DNA of 64,000 nucleotides from IMG/VR virus record IMGVR_UViG_3300023184_000036, one strand, 5' to 3'. Positions 46,298 through 56,109 of the stretch are shown one piece after another. The notes under the pieces were generated by a model. It ran no database searches. It was not told where the DNA came from and worked only from the letters and a program-made list of their open reading frames with translations. The DNA is from a virus. The translations under genes were made by a program, and so were the position numbers. Each line of letters opens with the position of its first letter. The first letter of the stretch is position 1.

Positions 46298-49200
46298 CTA
46301 CAATACCACACACCATTATAATAAGTGGCAATAATAATTTGCCCTTGTTGGCTTGGTTGATTACCTTTTGTTGTAGCAGGACTTTGTGCGGCAATAGTAG
46401 TGCCAGGATTTCCTGTATGGACTGTATCAGCAATTTGATACTGACGACCAGTAACAGCACCGTTTGCTGCATTAGGTAGTGTTATAGTTAGATTTTTTAC
46501 AGTAGTTCCGATCCAATAATCTGCTGATGTTGCTGTATAATCAACATTGGCGAGTTTTGTTCCTACTGTCCAACCACTAACATTGATAGTTCCAGTAGCA
46601 TCACGAACCACGATAGTATTAGCAACATTAGCAGTTTTGTAGCATCAGTGATAATAGTTGCTACATTGCCGCTCTTTGTAGCAGCAATATGAACAGTAGA
46701 ACTTAATGCATTTGGTATTATTGTAGCAACAAAGTTGTTCCAAATATTACCAATCCATACCTGTTGTGCGGCTGTATTTGAAGTAAGTGTAGCAAGATTG
46801 CTTTCTTGACTTGCCGCATTTGCTTGCCAAGCAACATTAGCCGCAGAAATATTAGCACGAAGTCCGCTTATTTCACCTTCTTGATAAGAAGCATTTGCCA
46901 TCCAAGCACTGCTCATATTAGTAATACTAACATTGGCTGCGTTGATATTTGCATTTAGATTTGCTATTTCATTTTCTTGATAAGCAGCATTAGCAAACAA
47001 TGTTGCTAAATTAGCATTGATAGTAGTAATACTGTTTAATGTTGGCAATCCTGTAAGATAATAACCATTACCAAGATAATATGTTGCACTTACATTGCCA
47101 GTAGCCGCAATATTACCACTTACACCTAATTGTGTATTACTAAATGTTGCGATAACATTAGCGGCATTGACACCGCCAGCAATAATTTTAACTACTTTAC
47201 TTGGTGTAATCGCACCAATCGTTAAATTACCGCCAATAGCAGTAGCAACATTGGCATTGCCTTGCATATAAAGATAGCCATCACTTCTGCCAACACTGGT
47301 TCCAAGACTATTATTTGGACTGGTATTATCATAATTACTGCCAGTAATACCTAAATCTACATAATAGTTTAGATCATCACCATTATCACTGGTAGCAATG
47401 TAATCAGTAGAAGCAAGCGTACCAGGTGAATGGTTTTGTGAAACAACTTGTGAATAATTGTTTACATAACTATCAATTTGTATTGAGGTATTAGGATATG
47501 TATAACCGTTAAATGCACCACCGATTTTAGCAGTGCCGTTAGCAAATAAGTTGCCACTAAAATAACCATCGGTTGCATTCAAGTGTTCAGTTTGGAAACC
47601 AACCGTAGGATCAGTATACCAGTAGTCGCCGTGCGGACCAGTTAGTTGATATAACAAACTAACAGCATAAGCCGCACCATTAGCACCTAACTGAATACCA
47701 CCGCCTTGTATATCAGCACTGCTTGTAGAATTATTAGCAAGATAAAGTTTCTTGCCATTGATAGCGGCTGCATTTTGACTTATAATATTACCAGCAACAT
47801 AAAGATTGCTATTGACATAAAGATTGCTAAATGTTGGACTGTTATTTGGTCCAATTTCTTGTGCCAATTGCAATTTAAGATTTTTACCACCAGTATCCGA
47901 AACAGTTAAACTGCTGCTTAAACTTGCTACATCTTGAACGCCAGTTGCGTTTATATAAACATTACCAAAGGTTGCGTTTTGTGTTAAACCTGTGCCAACA
48001 GTAAGTGAAAACACGCTTTGACTTGGAATATAAGCAGTGGTTTGGCGACTATTGTCGGCAAATGTAATGCCTGTATTTGCACCCAATACCATACCATTAC
48101 TATAAAAACTTGCAGTAGTTGCAATAGTATTACTGCCTACTGGTGTAGTTTGAATTGTTACACGAGTGCCAGTGCTTAAATTGCTTGTAAATGTTTCTGC
48201 GGCTTCTAAATTGACACGAACAATACTACCAGCATAAACGCCATTGCCTGTCCAACCTTGACCAGTAAATCGCAATATAGTATCACCAGCCTGTGTAGTA
48301 GATGGTGCATCAACTGAACCACGAGCAATACGAGCAGCAATTGCAGTATAAGAGTTTTGACCGCTTGAATAACCAAACGCATCGAAACTAATGCGGTTTG
48401 GTGCATTATCTTGACCAGTTACCTGTATCATTGTGTTAGCAAAGTTGCGTGGTTGAACATAACCTGATGCAGAACCATTGATATTAAACACTGCTTGTGT
48501 ATTTGTAAGACCAATAGGTGCTAAAATAGTTGTTAAACCATTTCTATCAACTCTAAATGCTGGTTTTGCTTGTGCGTTTAGTACCTGCACTGGACGGTTT
48601 AAGTTTAGATTACCAGTAGCAAATTGTGTGCCAATATTAAAATCTTCTGTTGGACTTGCAAGAGCAATTGTATTACCATAAAGTGTAAACTTACCAACAG
48701 TTAAACCAGTGCCACCACCAATATAAAGATTGCCATCCTTTGCGCCAATAGTTTGGTCAGTTCCAAGTGTTTCATCAAGAACATAGATAGTGCCAGCACC
48801 TACCCATACGTGACGCCAACGACGTAGCGGTGATCCTAAATCATATACATCATCAGCAAATGGTAAAATGCTACTGCCTGTTACTACATAACCATTAGCA
48901 CCAGGTACTAAATCAATATCGGTATTTGATTGTGTTGATAGCGTAAGACCAGCATTTACAATTGGTCGTGAAGTAAAGATAATTGTGCCAGTTTGTGGCG
49001 GATTTAACAAACCTTGAACAGTATTGCTTGTAATAACAACATTAGCATTAGCACTATCGGTGCCGCTAATATTACCAACAAACAGCACTTTACTTTGATA
49101 AGGAACACCAGTGCCAGTAATTGTATCATTTACTGCAACATTGGCAGCAGTTGTAGTCATACGATATACTGTCCAACCAGGCGCAGCACCACTTATACCA

Positions 49201-49703
49201 TTGGTTAAACCATATTCACCAATCAACAAATTATCCATTGTTGAAGTGGCATATTTGTCAATATAGTTTAATACAAGATTAGCAACTGTAACACTGATAG
49301 CAGAACTATTACCAATGATACTACCAACTGGCACTCTTAAACCAGGCACACTTACTAAACCACTGCCAGCAGGTGCTAATGTAATATCACGGTTATTGAT
49401 TAAACCGCCAATAGTTTCATCGCTTATATAAAGATTACCAAGATTTAGTGTAGAAGTGCTACTAAATGTTACATTACCACCAGTCACATATAGATTGTTA
49501 AACTGAACATCATTATAAGTGTTTAGATTTTGGTTAAATGGGTTTGCAGTATTTGTTCCAACAATTTGACCACCAGGGTAACCATTGCCAACACGTATCG
49601 TATTAGTGGCACTTTCATACCATAAACGACCGCCTTCACCAATTCTGGTAAGACCGTCACCTTGATTTTTTCTACTGGTGAATAATTCTTGGTAGTAAGT
49701 CAT
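46294..49703 (-). CDS. long tail-fibre-like protein, interrupted by a frameshift near 46635
   Basis: Gly/Asn/Thr-rich 1046 aa ORF (YDLGSP.RRWR.VWV fibre motif). The C-terminal domain (TANVANTIVVRDATG...ITLP.A...GRQY.I.D...YYNGVW) continues in the -1 frame, 46294-~46635. Confidence 0.75.
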
Positions 49704-49706
49704 TGC

Positions 49707-50036
49707 TTACCCCAGTGGCGATTGTGAGATATTCTTCATTACCAGCATTTTCTGGCTGGGATTCATGTTATCTGTGCTTTGAGCAGAGGCTGCGTCATCA
49801 TATGCATTTTCAATGCCAGCAACCTTTTTTAACATTTCAATTTCTTGTTGTAGTGGAGGAACCATCATACCAGTATCACTTGTAGTAGGTTCTGCATCAT
49901 CTTGTGGTTGTTCTGCGCTACTTTGTGTAGCATTAGTTCCATTGATATTGATGACCACAGGTGGTTGCTTTTGTTCATCACCTTCAATTGAGTCTAAAAC
50001 ACTCAATAATGATCTTAAAAACTCTTGCGCTCTCAT
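49707..50036 (-). CDS. small late protein
   Basis: MRAQEFL start; MVPPLQQEIEMLKKVAGI motif. Confidence 0.65.
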   Translation of the reverse strand: MRAQEFLRSLLSVLDSIEGDEQKQPPVVININGTNATQSSAEQPQDDAEPTTSDTGMMVPPLQQEIEMLKKVAGIENAYDDAASAQSTDNMNPSQKMLVMKNISQSPLG

Positions 50037-50045
50037 TGCAATTCC

Positions 50046-50339
50046 TTACGTGCTTTGGACTACTGGGATTGCACTATTTGCTACAAAGCCAACGTTTACC
50101 ACGCTTACTTCTGCTACACTGGTTGTAGTAATGAAGGCAATCTTATTGTTTAAGCCTTCCATATTGATAAATCTGGTAGATGCAGCAGGAATAACATCAC
50201 AGTTACCTGTATAAGCAATCGGATTTGTGCCAACTGCATAATGAACACTTGCGTTTGCCGTAACCTTTACTTTGGTTGACGTAATTGCTGTGCTTTGTGA
50301 ACTGCTTGTTGTTGCATTTATAATCTGTGCTGCTGGCAT
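50046..50339 (-). CDS. small beta-rich late protein
   Basis: 97 aa; TATAAATA late promoter at ~50359-50366; GAGG RBS. Confidence 0.6.
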   Translation of the reverse strand: MPAAQIINATTSSSQSTAITSTKVKVTANASVHYAVGTNPIAYTGNCDVIPAASTRFINMEGLNNKIAFITTTSVAEVSVVNVGFVANSAIPVVQST

Positions 50340-50409
50340 TTTCTAAATCCTCTGCAGTTATTTATATGAAAGTTCTTGACTTTATTGGATTAAAAGTATA
50401 AAGTAAATT

Positions 50410-51714
50410 ATGGCTGATGTAAACATACTGCACGGCGATTGCCGTGAACAACTCAAGACTCTACCCGACAATAGCGTTGATAGCATTGTTACTGATCCAC
50501 CATATGAACTTGGATTTATGGGTAAAAGTTGGGATGCCAGTGGTATCGCATATAATGTAGATATGTGGCGTGAATGTTTGCGTGTTCTTAAACCAGGCGG
50601 GCATATGCTTGCTTTTAGTGGTAGCAGAACATATCACCGTATGACAGTTGCTATTGAAGATGCTGGTTTTGAAATACGTGACCAGATTATGTGGGTTTAT
50701 GGAACAGGATTTCCAAAGAATCATGATATAAGCAAGGCAATTGACAATGCTGCTGGTGCTGAAAGAACTGGTGGTGGCAGAGTATGGAGCGGCGGCGCAC
50801 GTAGTGGTGGTATTATAAAAGATGATGCCAGTGAAAATACAACAGAGCGAATCATCTATGATGAACCAGCAACCCTAGAAGCAAAAAAATGGCAAGGTTG
50901 GGGAACAGCACTTAAACCATCACATGAACCAATTTGCGTTGCACGTAAACCAATAAGTGAAAAAACTATTGCTGATAATGTATTGCAATGGGGTGTCGGT
51001 GCATTGAATATTGATGCTACTCGTATACCACTTGATGACAATGATCCACTACAAAATGGTGTAAAACACGATAATAAAAAACTTGATACTGGTGATGCTG
51101 ATACAAAATGGGGATTTAAAGCAGTAGATCGTGCGGCAGGTTTAGGTCGTTGGCCAGCAAATTTGATTCACGATAACAGTGATGAAGTTACGGAATTATT
51201 TCCAAATAGTAAAGCAGGCAAAGATACTGGAAAACGTGGCACTGGTGGTATTTGGAATAGTGGAAATGGTGTGCCAGTTGGGTTTCAATATGGCGATGAA
51301 GGAAGTGCTGCACGTTTCTTTTACGGTGCAAAAGCAAGTCCACAAGATCGTAATGATGGTTTAGATAATTTTGAAGGTGGTAAAACCAATGATGGTCGCA
51401 AAAAAGATGCAAACAATGCTTATCAACGTGGTGCCACAATACGTAAAAACACACATCCTACTGTAAAACCAACAGATTTAATGATATATTTGTGTAAAAT
51501 GGTAACACCACCTGGTGGAACTGTGCTTGATCCATTTATGGGCAGCGGTTCTACTGGTCGTGGTGCTGTCAACGGTGGATTTAATTTCATTGGTATTGAA
51601 ATGAACAGTGAGTATATAGATATTGCCAAAGCACGTATTGCTGTGGTAGAAAAGAAGATGTCAGAAGTAAAAGACAAAGTTACTACATACAATAATCTAT
51701 TTGAGGAAGAATAA
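50410..51714 (+). CDS. DNA amino-methyltransferase, beta class (DPPY; likely N6-adenine)
   Basis: VTDPPY, HPTVKP, VLDPFMGSGSTG. Confidence 0.92.
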   Translation: MADVNILHGDCREQLKTLPDNSVDSIVTDPPYELGFMGKSWDASGIAYNVDMWRECLRVLKPGGHMLAFSGSRTYHRMTVAIEDAGFEIRDQIMWVYGTGFPKNHDISKAIDNAAGAERTGGGRVWSGGARSGGIIKDDASENTTERIIYDEPATLEAKKWQGWGTALKPSHEPICVARKPISEKTIADNVLQWGVGALNIDATRIPLDDNDPLQNGVKHDNKKLDTGDADTKWGFKAVDRAAGLGRWPANLIHDNSDEVTELFPNSKAGKDTGKRGTGGIWNSGNGVPVGFQYGDEGSAARFFYGAKASPQDRNDGLDNFEGGKTNDGRKKDANNAYQRGATIRKNTHPTVKPTDLMIYLCKMVTPPGGTVLDPFMGSGSTGRGAVNGGFNFIGIEMNSEYIDIAKARIAVVEKKMSEVKDKVTTYNNLFEEE

Positions 51715-52667
51715 TGGGCGTCCAGATATTACAAGGTGATTGCCGTGATGTTTTGAAAACTTTGCCAGAAGGCAGTATCAACATGTGTGTAACATCACCG
51801 CCTTATTTTGGGCTGCGTGATTATGGTGGTCAAGAAAAACAAATTGGTCTTGAACAAACACCAGAAGAATATATCGCACAGTTGGTAGAAGTATTCCGTG
51901 AAGTGCGCAGAACACTAAAAGATGATGGCACACTTTGGGTTAATATTGGTGATAGTTACTACAATTATCGCAGTGGAACTGCATTTGTTAAACAAAGTGT
52001 TGCTAAGACAAATCAAGATTTGCCTACACATAGCCCAAGCCGAAATAATAAGTTGGACGGTCTTAAAAGCAAAGACCTTATTGGTATTCCATGGATGTTA
52101 GCATTTGCTCTACGTGCTGATGGTTGGTATTTGCGTCAAGATATTATTTGGCATAAACCTAATCCAATGCCAGAAAGTGTAAAAGATCGTTGCACAAAAG
52201 CACATGAATATATTTTCTTGTTAAGCAAAAGCAAGAATTATTATTTTGATTATGAAGCAATCCGTGAACCAGCAGTAACTGCTCCAGTTGCTCGCAATAA
52301 AGCAGCAGAGGGATATCAAGCTGATTATCCAAATGGTGATAGATTTAGTAAAGGTGAACGAGTTTGGGGCGAAGATAACAAACGTATGAAGCGCAGTGTA
52401 TGGACTGTTAATACCAAACCATACAAAGAAGCACATTTTGCTACTTTCCCTACTGAACTTATTGAGCCAGCTATTATTGCTGGTTGTCCAAAAGACGGTA
52501 TGGTAATTGATCCATTTGGTGGCAGTGGCACAACAGGTTATGTAGCAGATAAGTTAGGGCGTAATGCTACATTGATTGAACTTAATCCATCATATATTAA
52601 TATTGCTGAAAATCGCATCGATCCACCTGAACAACGTTTAGATAGTAATTTGTTTACAATTGAATGA
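51714..52667 (+). CDS. DNA amino-methyltransferase, beta class (SPPY; likely N4-cytosine)
   Basis: TSPPY, WHKPNPMPES, HFATFP, DPFGGSGTTG. Confidence 0.92.
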   Translation: MGVQILQGDCRDVLKTLPEGSINMCVTSPPYFGLRDYGGQEKQIGLEQTPEEYIAQLVEVFREVRRTLKDDGTLWVNIGDSYYNYRSGTAFVKQSVAKTNQDLPTHSPSRNNKLDGLKSKDLIGIPWMLAFALRADGWYLRQDIIWHKPNPMPESVKDRCTKAHEYIFLLSKSKNYYFDYEAIREPAVTAPVARNKAAEGYQADYPNGDRFSKGERVWGEDNKRMKRSVWTVNTKPYKEAHFATFPTELIEPAIIAGCPKDGMVIDPFGGSGTTGYVADKLGRNATLIELNPSYINIAENRIDPPEQRLDSNLFTIE

Positions 52668-53029
52668 TACTTTCACATACAATTCTAATTACAGTGACAA
52701 AACAACAAGTATTAGATTTTGCTAATCTAACGGGTGATAACAGCGCAATTCATGTTGAAGGTGGTATTGTGCAAGGTGGATTGATTTTAAGTATGTTACC
52801 ACATTGGTCTAAAATAGCGATAGAATTAGGTAACTTTCCAAAAATATTTAACGATAGCGTTACTGTTAAAATGGATTGCAGATTTAATGATCCGTTAGTT
52901 GCAGATACACCAGTAAACATAACGTTTAATTATACACCATTAAAATATCGTATGTCTAAAATAACTTGGGATATTGCGGGTGACATAAAATATTGCAGTG
53001 GTGATTGGATTATTTGCAGTTTGTCATAA
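52664..53029 (+). CDS. MaoC-like hotdog-fold dehydratase
   Basis: FANLTGDNSAIH...IVQGGL...RF..PL. Confidence 0.7.
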   Translation: MILSHTILITVTKQQVLDFANLTGDNSAIHVEGGIVQGGLILSMLPHWSKIAIELGNFPKIFNDSVTVKMDCRFNDPLVADTPVNITFNYTPLKYRMSKITWDIAGDIKYCSGDWIICSLS

Positions 53030-53049
53030 TACTGTCATATTAGTGTGAT
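53021..53049 (+). promoter_or_regulatory. Pho box (PhoB binding site) upstream of pstS
   Basis: TTGTCAT-AATA-CTGTCAT-ATTA-GTGTGAT: direct repeats at 11-bp periodicity matching CTGTCAT. Confidence 0.8.
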
Positions 53050-53081
53050 AAATTAGGTCAGCATACTAAAAGGAGAGAAAT

Positions 53082-54005
53082 ATGCTTACTAGGTTTATTG
53101 CTGTTGCAGCCGCAACACTTATTAGTACTGCTGCTTTTGCAGTAGAAGTTACAGGTGCAGGTGCTACTTTCCCACAACCAATTTATATGAAGTGGGCAGA
53201 AGGTTATAAGAAGGCTACTAGCAATGTCATTAATTATCAAGGCATTGGTAGTGGTGCAGGTATCAAGCAAATTGAAGCAAAGACAGTAAATTTTGGTGCT
53301 ACAGATATTCCAGTAAAGACAGAAGACCTTGAAAAGAAAGGTCAAGTTCAATTCCCAATGATCGTTGGTGGTATTGTTCCAATTATTAACCTTAAAGATG
53401 TTGACCATCTAACATTAACAACAGACATTCTTGCAAAAATCTATATGGAAAAGATTAAACGTTGGAATGACAAGGAAATTGCAGAACTTAACCCAGGTGT
53501 AAAACTTCCTGACCTTCCAATCATCAAGATTCGCCGTGCTGATGGTAGTGGCACAACTTGGAACTTTACAAAGTTTCTTTCAGAAGCAAATGAAGACTGG
53601 AAGAAGAAGTATGGAATTGGTCAAACTGTTGAATGGGTTGGCGGTGCAATTGGAGCAAAGGGCAATGACGGTGTTGCAAACAACGTTTACCAAACAAATG
53701 GTTCAATCGGTTATGTTGAATATGCTTTTGCCAAGCAAAATGATCTTACTGTTGCTGATATGATTGGCAAGGACGGTAAGAAGGTTTCACCAGGTCTAAA
53801 AGCATTCCAGACAACTTGGCCAATGGTTGCTACAAGTTACATTGTTCTAAACAAAGAAAATGATAACAAAGAAGCAGTTCAAGCAGCAATCAAGTTCTTT
53901 GAATATGGTTATGCACATGACAAGGATGCAGAAGTACTTGACTATATTCCATTGACTGCTGCACAAAAGGCAGAAAGCAAAAAGGCTTGGTCTACAGTCA
54001 ACTAA
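53082..54005 (+). CDS. pstS: phosphate ABC transporter periplasmic binding protein
   Basis: signal peptide; GAGATFPQP.Y; NYQGIGSGAGI; FGATD; RADGSGTT; GAKGNDGVA; IGYVEY.FA. Confidence 0.95.
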   Translation: MLTRFIAVAAATLISTAAFAVEVTGAGATFPQPIYMKWAEGYKKATSNVINYQGIGSGAGIKQIEAKTVNFGATDIPVKTEDLEKKGQVQFPMIVGGIVPIINLKDVDHLTLTTDILAKIYMEKIKRWNDKEIAELNPGVKLPDLPIIKIRRADGSGTTWNFTKFLSEANEDWKKKYGIGQTVEWVGGAIGAKGNDGVANNVYQTNGSIGYVEYAFAKQNDLTVADMIGKDGKKVSPGLKAFQTTWPMVATSYIVLNKENDNKEAVQAAIKFFEYGYAHDKDAEVLDYIPLTAAQKAESKKAWSTVN

Positions 54006-54028
54006 TTTACATAAAATTACTGTAAAAT

Positions 54029-54068
54029 ATGCCCTACCAAATTATTTTTTGTAGGGCATTATTTTTTT
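54029..54068 (+). terminator. intrinsic terminator after pstS
   Basis: ATGCCCTAC...GTAGGGCAT followed by a T-run. Confidence 0.65.
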
Positions 54069-54069
54069 C

Positions 54070-54099
54070 TTGACATTATATTATTTTCGTGTATAAATA
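54070..54099 (+). promoter_or_regulatory. overlapping sigma70 and T4-type late promoter for the leader
   Basis: TTGACA-N16-TATAAA, with the -10 element forming part of TATAAATA. Confidence 0.7.
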
Positions 54100-54120
54100 A
54101 ACCCACAACAGAGAGTGAAT

Positions 54121-54201
54121 ATGATTAACACGCCTAAACATTACGATTATATCATTTGCCGCATGCCAGAAGGTTTCTGGATTACGGGGGCGTGTGCCTA
54201 A
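54121..54201 (+). CDS. attenuator leader peptide (26 aa)
   Basis: MINTPKHYDYIICRMPEGFWITGACA*; GAGAG RBS; its 3' end forms the 5' arm of an antiterminator. Confidence 0.7.
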   Translation: MINTPKHYDYIICRMPEGFWITGACA

Positions 54202-54261
54202 TGTGACCGCACATTAGTGTATGCACTTAGCCCCCGAAGCGAAAGTTTCGGGGGTTTTTTT
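54185..54261 (+). promoter_or_regulatory. mutually exclusive antiterminator and intrinsic terminator (attenuator)
   Basis: antiterminator CGGGGGC-GTGTGC-CTAATGTG / CACATTAG-TGTATGC-ACTTA-GCCCCCG; terminator CCCCCGAAGC-GAAA-GTTTCGGGGG-T7; both use CCCCCG at 54231-54236. Confidence 0.8.
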
Positions 54262-54516
54262 ATTTTCAGGACGGTAGCCCCTATGTATAAGGCTACCCAC
54301 CGACCAGTACTTGGGCCAAATGGCTGAATAGGTGGTTTCGGCGGTGAAAAATGGGGTGGGGTGTCAAGATTTTGACATTTTTACCCAAAATTGCCTAAAA
54401 TTTGTGCAAACTTTTTTTAATTTTCGTGCATTTTTTTCTTGACTTATTATATGGTTGTGCTATTATGCATATGTTGATGACGACATGGTGTCGTCCTTTT
54501 TATGGAGAAAGTAACT

Positions 54517-54783
54517 ATGACTATCGTATCAAATACAGACCGTGTTCTTGAAGCCCTTAAGTCTGGTGAGTTGCTCACCGCAAAGCAGATTTCTGCTCGT
54601 TTTGGCGTTGCCAATCCACATGCAGCTATCTCTGCAATCCGTCTCAAGGGTTATGCAGTTTATCTCAATGAGTATAAGACTGCCAAGGGTGAAGTAACAA
54701 AGAAGTATCGTCTTGGCAATCCTTCACGTGAGATCGTTGCCGCTGGTATGCGGGCTCTCATGGATGCTGGCGTTCGCATCTAA
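54517..54783 (+). CDS. small winged-helix/HTH DNA-binding protein
   Basis: VLEALKSGE.LTAKQISARFGVANP.A.IS.IR..GYAVY.N...YRLG.PSR; GGAG RBS; promoter at ~54439-54466. Confidence 0.8.
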   Translation: MTIVSNTDRVLEALKSGELLTAKQISARFGVANPHAAISAIRLKGYAVYLNEYKTAKGEVTKKYRLGNPSREIVAAGMRALMDAGVRI

Positions 54784-54814
54784 TTCTATAATTATAGGAT
54801 TATATAATGTTGTG

Positions 54815-54840
54815 AAGGGGGCGGCTTTCCGCCCCCTTTT
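54815..54840 (+). terminator. intrinsic terminator-like hairpin before tRNA-Trp
   Basis: AAGGGGGCGG-CTTT-CCGCCCCCTTTT. Confidence 0.65.
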
Positions 54841-54848
54841 AGTTGTTT

Positions 54849-54922
54849 ATCAGTGTAGTTCAATGGTAGAACGGCGGTCTCCAAAACCGCATATCAGGGT
54901 TCGATTCCTTGCACTGGTGCCA
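54849..54922 (+). tRNA. tRNA-Trp(CCA)
   Basis: anticodon arm GCGGT-CTCCAAA-ACCGC; GTTCGATTC; CCA end. Confidence 0.92.
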
Positions 54923-54966
54923 ATTATGACATTGACAAATCTGGCTGATGTAAATATAGTAGTAAC

Positions 54967-55218
54967 ATGACCCAATCAAGAACGCCAAGAGAAGTCAAAA
55001 ATAAACCCCTAGTTCCAGAAATTACATGTCCATATATTGACATGGTAATACAAATTATTGACCAAATGGAAGAGCAAGACAATGCTGAATGGCGTGGTGA
55101 ACAGGCCGCACTTGCTAAATCGCTGCTTGAGTATGTAAGATCAAGTAATGACAAATTACGTGCTAGTGGTAAGTTTTGGTATGAACGTTGTAAGAGAACA
55201 GGAAAAGATTTAGTATGA
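54967..55218 (+). CDS. hypothetical protein
   Basis: VPEITCPYID...LEYVRSSN.KLR..G.FWY. Confidence 0.65.
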   Translation: MTQSRTPREVKNKPLVPEITCPYIDMVIQIIDQMEEQDNAEWRGEQAALAKSLLEYVRSSNDKLRASGKFWYERCKRTGKDLV

Positions 55219-55862
55219 ACGGCACCATAGCAATTTTTATGGATCATCCACGGTGTTCTGTTGATGGCGTAAATGCTATAATGAACTCGCTGAACCCACA
55301 TTACAAGTTTAAAATACTTACAAAACACAAAGTCCAAGACCCTGATTTTTGGAATGATGTTGATATAGTTTGTATACCTGGCGGTATAGGTGACGCAGAT
55401 ACATTTAAGAAGATAATGAAACACCAAATTACACCAATTAAAGACTTCCTTGCAAGAGGTGGTCGTTATCTTGGTATTTGCATGGGTGCTTATTGGGCTG
55501 GTCCAAATTACTTGGATATCCTTAAAGGTCGTGATTGTGTGCAATATCTAGCACGTCCAAAAACTGATACAAGACGCCCACATGCCAAAGATTTAGAAGT
55601 TACTTGGTTAGGTAACAAAGAAAACATATTCTGGTATGATGGCTGTGCTATCACTGGTAAAGGTCAGTTTGATGTGGTAGCAACATATGCCAATGGCGAT
55701 GTCATGGCTGGCTATCAAGGTCGTATTGGATTGATTGGTTCACACCCAGAAGCAGAAAAGTTCTGGTATGACGAATATACTTGGATGAAGCCAAAATATA
55801 TTGGCAAAGAACGCAATCATGAATTATTACATGATTTTGTTGATGAACTTATGAAACGCTAA
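55215..55862 (+). CDS. BPL_N-like class I glutamine-amidotransferase-fold protein
   Basis: PGG.GD; GGRYLGICMGAY nucleophile elbow; G.HPE. Confidence 0.8.
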   Translation: MNGTIAIFMDHPRCSVDGVNAIMNSLNPHYKFKILTKHKVQDPDFWNDVDIVCIPGGIGDADTFKKIMKHQITPIKDFLARGGRYLGICMGAYWAGPNYLDILKGRDCVQYLARPKTDTRRPHAKDLEVTWLGNKENIFWYDGCAITGKGQFDVVATYANGDVMAGYQGRIGLIGSHPEAEKFWYDEYTWMKPKYIGKERNHELLHDFVDELMKR

Positions 55863-56107
55863 TGTTAGAATATATTATCGTATTTTTATCGATGTTTTTC
55901 GTAGATGTATTCTATGCAATATATCTTAAAAGCATTGAAAATAACAAACCTATATTTGCCTCTTTTATGGCTACAATTGTATTTTTTGTTGCAAGTATCG
56001 CAACAATAGGGTATATTGATAATCACTGGTTACTTGTTCCAGCTTGCATGGGTGCATTTGCTGGCACATGGGTTGGTGTAATGTATAATATTAAAAAGAA
56101 AAGCTAA
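55862..56107 (+). CDS. small membrane protein
   Basis: three hydrophobic segments; GAFAGTWVG. Confidence 0.65.
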   Translation: MLEYIIVFLSMFFVDVFYAIYLKSIENNKPIFASFMATIVFFVASIATIGYIDNHWLLVPACMGAFAGTWVGVMYNIKKKS

Positions 56108-56109
56108 TT

